Part shown: one piece after another, positions 1 to 10,445 of the stretch
How the letters are laid out: every line of letters begins with the position of its first letter
Position numbering within the stretch: the stretch's first letter is position 1
Assembly: GCA_965238175.1 (NCBI GenBank)
Contig: CBDEGZ010000003.1
Location: 512,001-576,000 of the forward strand
Direction of reading: 5' to 3'
Length of the DNA stretch: 64,000 nucleotides
Source of the DNA: Gammaproteobacteria bacterium
GTDB lineage: Bacteria; Pseudomonadota; Gammaproteobacteria; CAJXQU01
Program-made: the position numbers and the translations under genes
Notes under the pieces: generated by a model
What the model was told of the DNA's origin: nothing
The model's input: the letters and a program-made list of their open reading frames with translations, nothing else
Database searches by the model: none

Positions 1-2
1 CA

Positions 3-1433
3 GAATCAAACTGGACTTTCTGGAATGGCAATTGTGTTGGTGGTGCATCCAACTTTATGAGTGGTTTTTTTCATCGACTTAAGCCTGTTGATTTTCGTCT
101 TGCCTCAGAGTTTGGTCCGATTAAAGGCGCTGCTACGGTAGATTGGCCAATTAGTTATGACGATTTAGAACCCTATTATGCAAAAGTAGAACAAACTGTC
201 GGTGTTTCTGGTCTGGTAATTGATCATCCAAATCAGGAACCTCGATCAACAAAAGATTTTCCCTATCAACCAACCTTGGAACATCCTATTTCAAGTTGGA
301 TAGACAAACATTGTACTGATCTAGGTTATCATCCAATGCCCGTTCCAAGAGCGGTTTTACCGAAACCCGTGGGTGAGCGAAACGGGTGTTCCTATTCAGA
401 TTACTGTGGCAGTTATGGTTGTGCTACCGGGGCAAAAGGCAGCTCGCGCGCAGCGTTATTGAACAAAGCGATCGCCACTGGAAAATGTGAAGTTCGTCCC
501 TATTCCAAAGTATATAAACTCGAAAGCGATAGCGGTGGCAAAGTCAGCACGGTTCATTACTATAATGCAGAAGACAAAACGAAAAAAGTCGATGCAAAGA
601 TCTATGTTGTTGCCTGTCATGCCATCGAAACATCACGCTTGTTGTTATCATCACTAGGAAAAAAACATCCAGATGGACTTGGGAATTCCAGTGGTCAGCT
701 CGGTAAAAATTTATTGTTTTCTTCCGGCGGTTCGGGTCAGTGTGATCTTGATTATGCTGATCTAAGCGAAGCAGATGCGGAGGCATTAAAAGTCCGCGGC
801 CCTTTTATTAATCGTGCCCTACAAGATTGGTATACCTACAAAGATCAAAAATCTGATCAAATTGTTAAAGGTGGAACGATTGAATTCTTGTTCACTCATC
901 CAAACCCTGTCTCGCAAGCTAATCAACAAAAATGGGGTGAAGATGGTTTGGTCTGGGGTGAGGAACTAAAGCATCGGATCAAATCGCAATTTACGGATTC
1001 ACGATATCTAAAATTCGAAACATTTTGTGACTGGTTACCGAACGATAATTGCTATGTGACGTTAGATCCAAAAATTAAAGATAAATGGGGATCGCCAGTA
1101 GCAAATGTACGTATTGGATATCATGGTGGCAACTTGCGACCCTCGCATCAACTTGATGATAAAGCAAAGGAAGTATTAAAAAGCTTGGGAGGGAAAAGTA
1201 TCCGATCAAATGTTAGCACCTACCCTCCACCAAACCTGGTTGCGGGTGGTTGCCGTTTTGGGAATGATCCAGAAACATCAGTTCTGAATGTTGATTGTCG
1301 AGCACATGATGTAGAAAACCTCTATGTGACTGATGGTAGTTTTATGCCGACAGGTGGCAGTGTTCCTTACACCTGGACGATATATGCCAACTCATTTCGG
1401 GTTGCGGATAAGATCAAAAAAGAACTTGGCTAG
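3..1433 (+). CDS. GMC-family flavin oxidoreductase (gluconate 2-dehydrogenase flavoprotein-like), 5'-truncated by window edge
   Basis: Frame is open from position 3 (ESNWTFWNGNCVGGASNFM). It has the WPISYDDLEPYY, CxxCxxxGC, GGCRFGNDP and NLYVTDGSFMPT motifs of GMC enzymes. Confidence 0.85.
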   Translation, partial: ESNWTFWNGNCVGGASNFMSGFFHRLKPVDFRLASEFGPIKGAATVDWPISYDDLEPYYAKVEQTVGVSGLVIDHPNQEPRSTKDFPYQPTLEHPISSWIDKHCTDLGYHPMPVPRAVLPKPVGERNGCSYSDYCGSYGCATGAKGSSRAALLNKAIATGKCEVRPYSKVYKLESDSGGKVSTVHYYNAEDKTKKVDAKIYVVACHAIETSRLLLSSLGKKHPDGLGNSSGQLGKNLLFSSGGSGQCDLDYADLSEADAEALKVRGPFINRALQDWYTYKDQKSDQIVKGGTIEFLFTHPNPVSQANQQKWGEDGLVWGEELKHRIKSQFTDSRYLKFETFCDWLPNDNCYVTLDPKIKDKWGSPVANVRIGYHGGNLRPSHQLDDKAKEVLKSLGGKSIRSNVSTYPPPNLVAGGCRFGNDPETSVLNVDCRAHDVENLYVTDGSFMPTGGSVPYTWTIYANSFRVADKIKKELG

Positions 1434-1502
1434 CTTGTTGGTTAAACAAAATATTTTTGTTTGAAATAAAGCACTAATAAAGATTTAGGTTTTTTTACGA
1501 GA

Positions 1503-2515
1503 TCACTTTTTGATATTTTTGTCTTCGGATGTTTTATCCAAACTTACTGAATCGGTTTTTAAGTTGCCCAAACGTATCCAAAGAGGCCGATTGTTTTGCT
1601 TGGACATATCTAGACTAAAAAATGATAGAAGGAATTGTAATCCGGTTAACAGAGGCAAAGCAGCCAACATAATCGTACCAGCAGTGGCCGCTTCACCGGT
1701 TATTACACTGTGTCTCCATTCAGTTAGGCCAAAGATGCTCCCAAACAGGATTAGAGGAATTGATAGAATGAGAAAAACACTGGCAAGGCTAAAACCCCTC
1801 AAAAAGTATGTGTAAAAAATTCGTTTAAAAAACTTTATCAGGTTTTTAAAACCAAATTCGAATAGACTTTTTTTAGACTAAGGTTGCTATCTTCATCACC
1901 GTAAACCGCAGGGATTGGTATATCTAATACAACGGCATCAATCGATCCCAATCGATATAGCATATCTGTTTCAAAAAAATAGCGTTTCTCCATGCGTTCT
2001 AAATGTAGCCATGGGAGAATTTTTGTGTGTACTTCGATAAAACCTTTTGTAGGATCCATCACATGCCACAGCCCGGTTGAAGCTTTGCTAATAAAAGATA
2101 AACCAGCATTTCCGATCAGCCTGGTAATAGGCATCCCTGTTAAATAGTCAGAACTAAAAAAACGATTTCCTTTTGTATAATCAGCTTCTCTTCCGATAAT
2201 AGGAGAGATCAGATTGGGAATGTGTTTTGAGTCCATTTGGCCATCACCATCTACTTTAATAGCGATGTCAAAGCCATTAAGTATTGCTGCATTCAAACCG
2301 GTAATAACAGCAGCACCAACACCTGCATTTTGTTGCAGTTTAATGACACTTATAGCGTTATTCTCGCCCAGGTATTTTTCCACTTCACTTCCAGAGTTCT
2401 CCGGACAGCCATCGTCAATTACAAAAGTATGATCAACATACTCCTGTAAATTATTGACCACAGATACAATCTGCTTAGTGGCTTTATAGGCAGGAACAAT
2501 TGCGCAAACTTTCAT
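1503..2515 (-). pseudogene. Family 2 glycosyltransferase with C-terminal TM helices, split by a 1-nt frameshift in an A7 run
   Basis: ORF 1838-2515 (MKVCAIVPAY, IDDG, KVDGDGQ) and ORF 1503-1802 join in frame if T7 at 1868-1874 were T8 (SLKKSLFEFGFKNLIKFFKRIFYTYFLRGFS). Confidence 0.8.
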
Positions 2516-2783
2516 GAGAGATTCATCATTTAGATATGAGTTCTTCAAAAAAAAATAATCGCGAAATAATAAAACTGTTAAGCACAACAAAAACTATGGT
2601 AACCAATTTTACTGAATATGGTTTGGACATTAATGAATACAATAATTTATTAAGAAATAAGCAAAACACAGATTAAAAATAAAATTGATCAAGTATTTAA
2701 ATAAACAAATCGCTTGAAAAATTAGACTTTAATTTGAAGGTATACACTTTTTTTTAAACCCCTAAAGAATCTTTCCATCACAC

Positions 2784-2853
2784 TATTGTGCCTCAAGCAC
2801 TTCGGGGGTAGGCTCTCCCAGCAGATCCCCTTCGACTCATGCTTTGAGTGATA
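2784..2853. other. GC-rich long hairpin, candidate structured RNA or cis element
   Basis: CTCAAGCA pairs with TGCTT(T)GAG, TCGGGGG with CCCCTTCGA, and GCT with AGC, inside otherwise very AT-rich DNA. Confidence 0.35.
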
Positions 2854-2895
2854 TTTAATTGGTTGAGGTGATCAACAAACAAGTTCGCTGAATAC

Positions 2896-3600
2896 TGTAC
2901 ACCCTGATCTGAATAAAAAAGTAATTGGCTCGTGTCAGACTGTTGTCTTCGAATAGCATGGTTTGTTTAATGTATCCTTTCTAAGGTCGCATGGATGTCT
3001 TGACATCGCCCAACCAACAATTTCTTTTGACCCTAAATCAAGCACACAGGCCAAATAACCCCAACCTTGATGAGTGCTAATGGTTTTCGGCTGAAACTGA
3101 CGTCCAAGAATATTTTCTGTTTTGATATGAGGTTTGTCTGTGTTTGGATAGTCATGTTTTTTTCGAGGCGCGGTGGCAAACACATTTGCTTTTCTCATCA
3201 ATGTGGCAGTTCGAAAGATCCCAAGCTTAAATCCTTGATTAATTAAAGATGCATGTATGCGTCGTTTACCATAGGTATAGCATGTTTTAACCACAATGGT
3301 TTTGATTGATTCCAGGATGATATGTTCTTGATGACCAACCGGTTTCTGTTGGCATTGATAGTAATAAGTGTTGGGATCAGTTTCGAAAACCCTGCATAAT
3401 TGGTGAACCATATAATCAGGAGTGGCCTTTTTCATCTCAATGATCAACGTAGATTGCTGTTGTCTCGAATGAAAAAGACCGCTGCCTTTTTCAATAATTA
3501 ATTATCACTTTGCAGTTGTTTAATTTGTTTTTATAATACTTGAATACGTTATTTTACCGATTGCTATAGCCCTCGTTAACTATCAATTTGGCATAATCCT
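2896..3600 (-). mobile_element. IS3-family transposase remnant
   Basis: OrfB-like motifs YGKRRI and GWGYLACVLDLGSKEIVGWAMS, with an orfA C-terminus (ILKKAAVFF) just upstream. Internally deleted. Confidence 0.85.
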
Positions 3601-3773
3601 ACTGAAAGATTGGCACGTTGTTTTCGGTTCATTTATAGCTATTAATATTTGTATGTTAGGCTATAAATCCATTTAATTTTATTAGATCATTACAAAATTG
3701 TGTGATGTCCCCTATTACATGTGTTTTATAGGTTCAACTCATATGTTTGTTTTTTTAAAGTTAATTATAAATA

Positions 3774-4373
3774 TTACCTATAATGAGATCCTCCAACCCA
3801 CAATACAAAAGAACGACGAACACCTTTAGTTACTTTTGTTACTCTATGCAGCATATATGAAGGGAAAATAAAGACTGCGCCTTTTGCTTTATTCGCTGTT
3901 ATGAAACTATTATCTTCATAATTTCCTCCTGTGAATAATTGTAAATCTCCCCCTTCATATTCACTGGGGTCAGATAATTGAACCGTGATAGAGATTTTTC
4001 GTTTTGATAAAAGGTTTGGGCCTATATCTTGATGCCAGTCGTAATGACCTTTGTCTGTAGCATAATACTCTGTATATTGTATTTGCTCTGGGAGGTGAGA
4101 TAGGTTGAATTTCCAAAGTTCATCATTGGCAGCAACCACCATATTGGATAACTTTTCATATAACCAATACCAGCTATCCTCTTGAGGGATCCATCTAACT
4201 TTTGAAGAACGAACACTATCTTCTATTCCACCAGCCGTTGTAGCTTTTTGAGCTTCTAAAGATTGAACTCCGGTATAAATTTCATTTAATTCTTCTTTAT
4301 CAAAACCTTCTTCATACAAGTAATGATTTTGAGGGTCATTTTCTTTTTGGTTAAAGTTTAAACTATTAAACAT
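3774..4373 (-). CDS. 2OG-Fe(II) oxygenase (PKHD/prolyl-4-hydroxylase-like)
   Basis: HxD (WHQD), RKISITVQLSDPSEYEGG, FPSYMLHRV and GVRRS motifs. Confidence 0.85.
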   Translation of the reverse strand: MFNSLNFNQKENDPQNHYLYEEGFDKEELNEIYTGVQSLEAQKATTAGGIEDSVRSSKVRWIPQEDSWYWLYEKLSNMVVAANDELWKFNLSHLPEQIQYTEYYATDKGHYDWHQDIGPNLLSKRKISITVQLSDPSEYEGGDLQLFTGGNYEDNSFITANKAKGAVFIFPSYMLHRVTKVTKGVRRSFVLWVGGSHYR

Positions 4374-4829
4374 AATGCCTATTTTCTAGGTCCAACATTT
4401 ACTAAACTTATACCCGCTCTTTGGTAAAGAAAATTAAAGTACCGTTTTCGTTATATTTTCTACACCTCCTAAATCAAACTAAATCGCCAAGAACTGGTAA
4501 TATTACAGTATCTATTGTTCCTATTATCCTCCATGGAAGTGTTAAAAAATATGTCCTTATAACTTACCCCCTTTACACATTTGCTCTCTAACCTTAGCAG
4601 TTGATATTTCATGTGCCTCAGATGGGTATGCGTTTTATTATAACTCCCCTTTCTATAATTAATAGATTCAATATCCGAAGTTTTAATAATGTTAACAATT
4701 TAGTTTTTAGGAGTTATTCCAGATAATATCATGTGAAGTATTATCTAAAGATGAGAAGAAGTTGTTTAAGTTAAGTATAAACAGAATCGATTAAGAGCAG
4801 GAACACAATGTCAGGTATCGTCTTACATA

Positions 4830-5255
4830 AGATCAAGCAAAATTCTCATCAAATGGTACTCTATTTTTCAACATGTCATAAATAATGTGAACCAATTTTA
4901 GTATAGCTGCACCAACAATGGCCATTTTTTACTTACCTGCTTTGGTTAAGCGCAGCTTTAATTTCACTATTAGTGGATTGTACCGTAGTGCTACTAACGC
5001 CGGCATAAAAAACGCTTTGCGTAAATTTTAGAACGCCCCATCTTTGACATGCTTGCTCGTGAACGTAATGACGCGCCAGGCTCTCTGTTTCTCGGAGCAA
5101 CATCCATAAAAGTCGCTAATGCTTTTGCATTTTTAAAGTGAGTGATCTGACTAAACTCAGAAAGAATAACGTTGATGGTTGCCTCACCGATACCAGGAAT
5201 GGTTTCTAGTAATACCTTTTGTTGCTTCATGCCAGGATGATTATCAATATTTAAC
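4830..5255 (-). mobile_element. IS110-family transposase C-terminal remnant
   Basis: LLETIPGIG...FKNAKAL...SKMG, then frameshifted KMAIVGAAILKLVHIIY. Contains stops and frameshifts. Confidence 0.8.
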
Positions 5256-5733
5256 TTGGCATAGAGTACCTAATACTTAAGCACTACCTCTTTACATAAA
5301 TATTTATACCAAGGGATTATTTTGGTGAACACGTATATCCGATAGACTGATTCACAGTTAAGTGCAGTGCCCATTTGTCCATAACTGAAGTTATCTGGGT
5401 ATTTATAATTAACAATAATAAGAGATTAACATGACGCCTACAAAGGATGCGGGAAAGATCTTGGATGGGCACGGCGAAGCATGTGAAAAGATAGTTGATG
5501 ATGATTCTAACAGCAATAGTCATGCTGGTGGAACGCCAAAGTAAAGTACTAACCAAGATGCGGGTAACGTTAGTGATCTAGCTAATACATTTGTAACGAA
5601 GCTCGGTAGCGGATGTAGATAGTATCAATTTCTTTGGTTATGAGATGTATGGTTTTCCATTATAAAGATAAACCAGGGTGGCACGGCAGGGCATGATCAC
5701 TTTCAAAGTTTCATTTTATAAAGTGGTATAAAA

Positions 5734-5767
5734 CAAAAATCCCAGAACAATTGTTTTGGGATTTTTG
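5734..5767 (-). terminator. Palindromic hairpin, probable terminator of the methyltransferase gene
   Basis: CAAAAATCCCAGAACAATTGTTTTGGGATTTTTG is a near-perfect inverted repeat about 80 bp after the stop codon. Confidence 0.5.
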
Positions 5768-5848
5768 ATTAACTTTAGTTTTGATTTGGCCATAATATTA
5801 CAGACAAATTTAAGTCCATGTAGGGATGATTTTTCTCATATTTCACAT

Positions 5849-6661
5849 TTATTTTTCGGCAACGATATAACACAACCAGCCTGCCTCGGGTTCACCAGTT
5901 TCGGTGGCGATAAATTCACCACTACCTTCACCAGTTTCTTCATCATAACCTTGCATGTGGATCGTTGTTTTAGAGAAACCAGCTTCTTTAAGAAGTTCAC
6001 GAATTTCTGGTATAGACCATAGTCGCCAGGTATATATGAATGCTTTGTTGAGCCTTGATCCGTCGGGAAATTTAAAATGTAAATAGCACGTCATTTTATG
6101 ATTGATAGGATTAAATTCAGCTTGATGCCAGATATAGGTAAAGTTCTCATGCTCTGTCCGTTCACGTAATACTTTTGGTGCTTCATAACCACCAAAGGCA
6201 TCAAGGAAAAAGATACCATCTTCTACCAGTGAGTTGCGAACACTTCTGAAATATTGCTTCATGGTTTTTCGATCCATGAACAGCCAATAACTGAAGTTCA
6301 TCGCGAGAATAATATCGACAGGATCGGTTTTAACTTTCAATACATCTTCTTTAATCAACTCAATACGATTTTTTGTTTTGCCACGTAATTTGCCAATATT
6401 ATTTTTTTGCCCCCAATCAAGTACTTCACTATCAAGATCAATACCGTAGGCACAGTTGTCTTTTCGACGTTGCACCCACTCACAAGCGGTGTTTCCTGTG
6501 CCGCAAAAATCTTCGCGTAGTAACATTGCGGATTTTCCGCGTAACTCGGCGTACATTTCATCGACAAAATCGATTTCGGCTTCGACGCATTGAACTGATT
6601 GTTGGTATAAAACATGTCTGTCTGCTAAGTCGGCCATTTTTGCTTTTTTTATTCGTGCCAT
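5849..6661 (-). CDS. Class I SAM-dependent methyltransferase
   Basis: LREDFCGTG motif I, YGIDLD, GIFFLD. Confidence 0.8.
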   Translation of the reverse strand: MARIKKAKMADLADRHVLYQQSVQCVEAEIDFVDEMYAELRGKSAMLLREDFCGTGNTACEWVQRRKDNCAYGIDLDSEVLDWGQKNNIGKLRGKTKNRIELIKEDVLKVKTDPVDIILAMNFSYWLFMDRKTMKQYFRSVRNSLVEDGIFFLDAFGGYEAPKVLRERTEHENFTYIWHQAEFNPINHKMTCYLHFKFPDGSRLNKAFIYTWRLWSIPEIRELLKEAGFSKTTIHMQGYDEETGEGSGEFIATETGEPEAGWLCYIVAEK

Positions 6662-6744
6662 GAAATCTTCGTTTAGTTCCTTTTTTGATTAACTTTATAG
6701 AGGTTGATCATAACATCGTAATAAATATGCAATATACTTAGATT

Positions 6745-8814
6745 ATGGATGCGATCAATTTAAAAAACCCAGATTTGTATAACAACCGCGAACTCAGTCT
6801 TTTAGAGTTTAATCGTCGCGTATTAGCAATGGCCGAAGACCCAGACGTGCCATTGCTTGAACGTTTGCAATTTATGACTATCACAAGTACCAACCTGGAC
6901 GAATTTTTCGAGATCCGAATTGCCGGCTTGAAACATCAAGTGGCTTTTGCATCTGTGCAAACCGGTCCAGATAATCTTAGTCCGGTTGATCAACTAAAAC
7001 GGGTGAGTGAGTCTGCACATCAATTGATAGAAGAACAATATAGGATCCTTAATACTCAATTGATTCCAGATCTTGAGGAAGCAGGGATCAAGTTCTTACG
7101 TCGTGTTGATTGGGATGAAAAAACGGCGGCTTGGGTTCGTCGTTATTTTACTCATGATGTGTTGCCTGTTGTGAGCCCGATTGGTTTAGATCCGGCACAT
7201 CCATTCCCGCGAATTTTAAATAAAAGTTTAAATTTTATTGTTTCGTTGGAAGGCAAAGATGCCTTTGGACGAAATAGTGGAATTGCGATTGTACAAGCGC
7301 CACGTTCACTACCACGTTTACTGCAAATTCCTGATCATGTCAGTGGTGGTTCCTATGATTTTGTTTTTCTCTCGTCGATAATTCATGAGCATGTTTCTGA
7401 TCTTTTTCCGGGGATGCAGGTAAAGGGATGTTATCAATTCCGTGTAACGCGAAATGGTGATCTTTTTGTCGATGATGAAGAGGTTGATGATTTACTCCGT
7501 GCATTAGAAGGGCAGCTACCTTCCAGGCGATTTTCTCAAGCAATGCGATTGGAAGTGGCTGATAATTGTCCTCCAGAAATTGCACAGTTTTTGTTAGATC
7601 AATTTAAATTGACCGCGGATGATTTATATCAGGTACATGGACCGGTTAATTTAAAACGTTTGATCCACCTGTATGATCTGGTTGATATTCCGACGTTAAA
7701 ATACCCAGGTTTTATACCTGGCATTCCAAAAACTTTGACACTTGGAACGGACAATTTCGAAGCAATCCAGCAAGGTGATATTTTACTTAATCACCCCTTT
7801 GAGTCTTTTGCACCCGTATTGGAGTTTATTCGTCAGGCAGCATCGGATCCCAACGTTCTTTCTATTAAGCAGACCTTGTATAGAACCGGTGCAGATTCTG
7901 CCGTGGTAAACGCCTTAGTTGAAGCGGCGCGAGCAGGTAAGGAAGTCACAGTAGTCATAGAACTACGTGCACGTTTCGATGAAGAGGCAAATATCGAACT
8001 TGCTAATAAACTACAAGAAGCCGGTGCGCATGTTGTGTATGGTGTTGTTGGCCATAAAACACATGCGAAAATGTTATTAGTTGTGCGTAGAGAAGGCCGT
8101 CGACTAAGTCGCTATGTGCATTTAGGGACTGGAAATTACCATGCAAGTACAGCGCGTGTTTATACCGATTATGGTCTTTTCACCTGTGATCCTGATTTTG
8201 CGGAGGATGTACATAAAATTTTCCATCAGCTTACTGCACCCGGTAAGCCAGGTAAATTAAAAAAACTACTGCAGTCACCTTTCACGTTGCATAAATCAAT
8301 ATTGAAATTTATTGAAGAAGAAATTGAACACGCGAGAGCTGGAAAGCAGGCAAAAATCATTGCAAAGATGAATGCGCTAACCGACCGTGAAATTATCCGG
8401 ATGCTATATAGTGCATCACAAGCGGGTGTGAAAATTCAGCTTATCGTAAGGGGTGTATGCTTACTTAAACCTGGGGTGAAAGGCGTGTCGGATAATATTT
8501 CTGTACGATCAATTATCGGGCGTTTTCTTGAGCATCCCCGGATTTATTATTTTTTAAATGATGGTGATAGCCATTTATATTGTTCCAGTGCTGATTGGAT
8601 GGAACGAAACTTTTTCCGTCGGATTGAAGCGTGTTTTCCTATTGTCGATCAAAAATTAAACCAACGGGTTTTAAAACAAGGTTTGATGCTGTATCTCTCC
8701 GATAATACACAGGCCTGGACTCTACAAGTGGACGGCGGCTATGAAAGAACGAGTCCTAAAAAACTGGATCCGAAGTCTGCTCAGGAAATATTGCTTGAAG
8801 AATTAGGTGACTAG
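6745..8814 (+). CDS. ppk1: Polyphosphate kinase 1
   Basis: NRELSLLEFNRRVL, NLDEFFEIR, IKQTLYRT, KTHAK, GRFLEH, SSADWMERN. Confidence 0.97.
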   Translation: MDAINLKNPDLYNNRELSLLEFNRRVLAMAEDPDVPLLERLQFMTITSTNLDEFFEIRIAGLKHQVAFASVQTGPDNLSPVDQLKRVSESAHQLIEEQYRILNTQLIPDLEEAGIKFLRRVDWDEKTAAWVRRYFTHDVLPVVSPIGLDPAHPFPRILNKSLNFIVSLEGKDAFGRNSGIAIVQAPRSLPRLLQIPDHVSGGSYDFVFLSSIIHEHVSDLFPGMQVKGCYQFRVTRNGDLFVDDEEVDDLLRALEGQLPSRRFSQAMRLEVADNCPPEIAQFLLDQFKLTADDLYQVHGPVNLKRLIHLYDLVDIPTLKYPGFIPGIPKTLTLGTDNFEAIQQGDILLNHPFESFAPVLEFIRQAASDPNVLSIKQTLYRTGADSAVVNALVEAARAGKEVTVVIELRARFDEEANIELANKLQEAGAHVVYGVVGHKTHAKMLLVVRREGRRLSRYVHLGTGNYHASTARVYTDYGLFTCDPDFAEDVHKIFHQLTAPGKPGKLKKLLQSPFTLHKSILKFIEEEIEHARAGKQAKIIAKMNALTDREIIRMLYSASQAGVKIQLIVRGVCLLKPGVKGVSDNISVRSIIGRFLEHPRIYYFLNDGDSHLYCSSADWMERNFFRRIEACFPIVDQKLNQRVLKQGLMLYLSDNTQAWTLQVDGGYERTSPKKLDPKSAQEILLEELGD

Positions 8815-8824
8815 CAGCATTTTG

Positions 8825-10315
8825 TTATTCGTATTTAAGCAGATAACCGGCTGCGTTAAGATAACAAGACTCTTGTTTGAGATCTGCTTTGGTTAGCGGA
8901 TGTTCTTCAAGCCAATTTTCTGGAAAGCTCAATTTTATATTATATTGATCTGGCGCTAAGTTTATTTCTGGTAGTTCGATGTCTGACTGGCCTCGGTGTA
9001 GTACGACGGCCAGTCTTAATAACACACACAGTCTTTCCACCCTGGTCTGATGAGGTTTTGGTAGCTGGCCTACCTCTGTAAGAGGAAATTTACGTCGGTG
9101 GCCTCTTACAATGGTCGCTAGTAGTTGTTGATCATGGCGTGAAAACCCTGGCATGTCTAAGTTAGATAATAAATAATATCCATGTTTATGATATAGGGTA
9201 TATGAAATTGTTGTACCGATTTCATGCAATCTTGCCGCCCAGTGTAGTTGCTGCTCGTAGTCACGAAGCTTCCAAATTTTTTTCGATTGCTTAAAAAAAC
9301 CAAGTACGCTTTTTTCGACGCGATTAGCTTGTTCAGTATTGATTCTGTAGTGTTGTTCCAGAGTCTCTACCGTACCTTCACGGACGTCTTCTTTTCGTAT
9401 TCGTCCTAATAGATCGTATATTGCCCCTTCTCTCAGAGCACCATCTGAAATAAACATGCGATCAATTTTCAGTGATTTAAAGGTCGCTGCGAGGATTGCG
9501 ACACCGCCTGGAAAGATGGCAACTCGATCTTGGGCTAATCCTTGTAACGAAATGTTGTCAATGTGTCCCACATCGATCAAGTAGTCTGATAATTTGTTGA
9601 GCGCTGGTCTTGTGATGCCATTTTCACTCCAGCCTTGTGCGATCACAACATTACGAATGGCTAGAATTGTTCCCGATGCACCTATTGCTGTCTCCCAGCC
9701 TAGTTTTCGATAGGTTTTTTCTATTGTTTCAAGTTCCATTAATGCGGCGAGCTCAGCTTTTGCCATTGAGTTAGAATCAATTTTGCCTTTCTTAAAAAAT
9801 TTATCACTAAAAACCACACAACCCATATGTAGACTTTCCATTTTTCTTGGTTTGAAGTGATGGCCAAGTATAAATTCAGTACTACCACCACCTATATCCA
9901 TCACTAAACGGCGATTATTATCGTCTTCGAGACTATGTGAAACACCAAGGTAAATAAGGCGTGCTTCTTCCCGACCAGAAATTATATCGATTGGGTGACC
10001 AATTGCTTCTTCAGCTCGGATCAAAAATTCGGTGCTATTTTTAGCTTTACGTAGAGTATTTGTCCCAACTATACGTACACTGCCTTTTGGCATATCACGC
10101 AGGCGCTGGCCAAATCGAGACAGACACTCTAATGCGCGATTCATAGAATCTTCAGACAAACGGTTTTTGCTATCGAGACCAGTAGCCAGTCGAATACTTT
10201 CTTTGATTTTATCGACCAATTGTAGTCGGCCATCAGACAGCTGCATTACGATCATGTGAAAACTGTTTGAACCCAAATCAACGGCGGCAACATGGGTTAT
10301 TTCGAGACTGCTCAT
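8825..10315 (-). CDS. ppx: Exopolyphosphatase (Ppx/GppA)
   Basis: AVDLGSNSFH, GREEARLIY, DIGGGSTE and a C-terminal HD-like domain. Convergent with ppk1. Confidence 0.95.
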   Translation of the reverse strand: MSSLEITHVAAVDLGSNSFHMIVMQLSDGRLQLVDKIKESIRLATGLDSKNRLSEDSMNRALECLSRFGQRLRDMPKGSVRIVGTNTLRKAKNSTEFLIRAEEAIGHPIDIISGREEARLIYLGVSHSLEDDNNRRLVMDIGGGSTEFILGHHFKPRKMESLHMGCVVFSDKFFKKGKIDSNSMAKAELAALMELETIEKTYRKLGWETAIGASGTILAIRNVVIAQGWSENGITRPALNKLSDYLIDVGHIDNISLQGLAQDRVAIFPGGVAILAATFKSLKIDRMFISDGALREGAIYDLLGRIRKEDVREGTVETLEQHYRINTEQANRVEKSVLGFFKQSKKIWKLRDYEQQLHWAARLHEIGTTISYTLYHKHGYYLLSNLDMPGFSRHDQQLLATIVRGHRRKFPLTEVGQLPKPHQTRVERLCVLLRLAVVLHRGQSDIELPEINLAPDQYNIKLSFPENWLEEHPLTKADLKQESCYLNAAGYLLKYE

Positions 10316-10445
10316 GAACGATTATTGTATACTATCGTAGATCTACCGTCAGTTTAGACACATTACTTAATAATTTGAGAGCTTAAATAGCTTGTCGTAG
10401 GAACAGTGTTAAAGGAAACATAAATCAGGAGTTCTACCATTAAGA

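Noticed and set aside
5317-5700. Possible pilin remnant or ops/JUMPstart element (CTCGGTAGCG)
   Set aside because: Only a few suggestive residues and an incomplete ops match, with no downstream operon.
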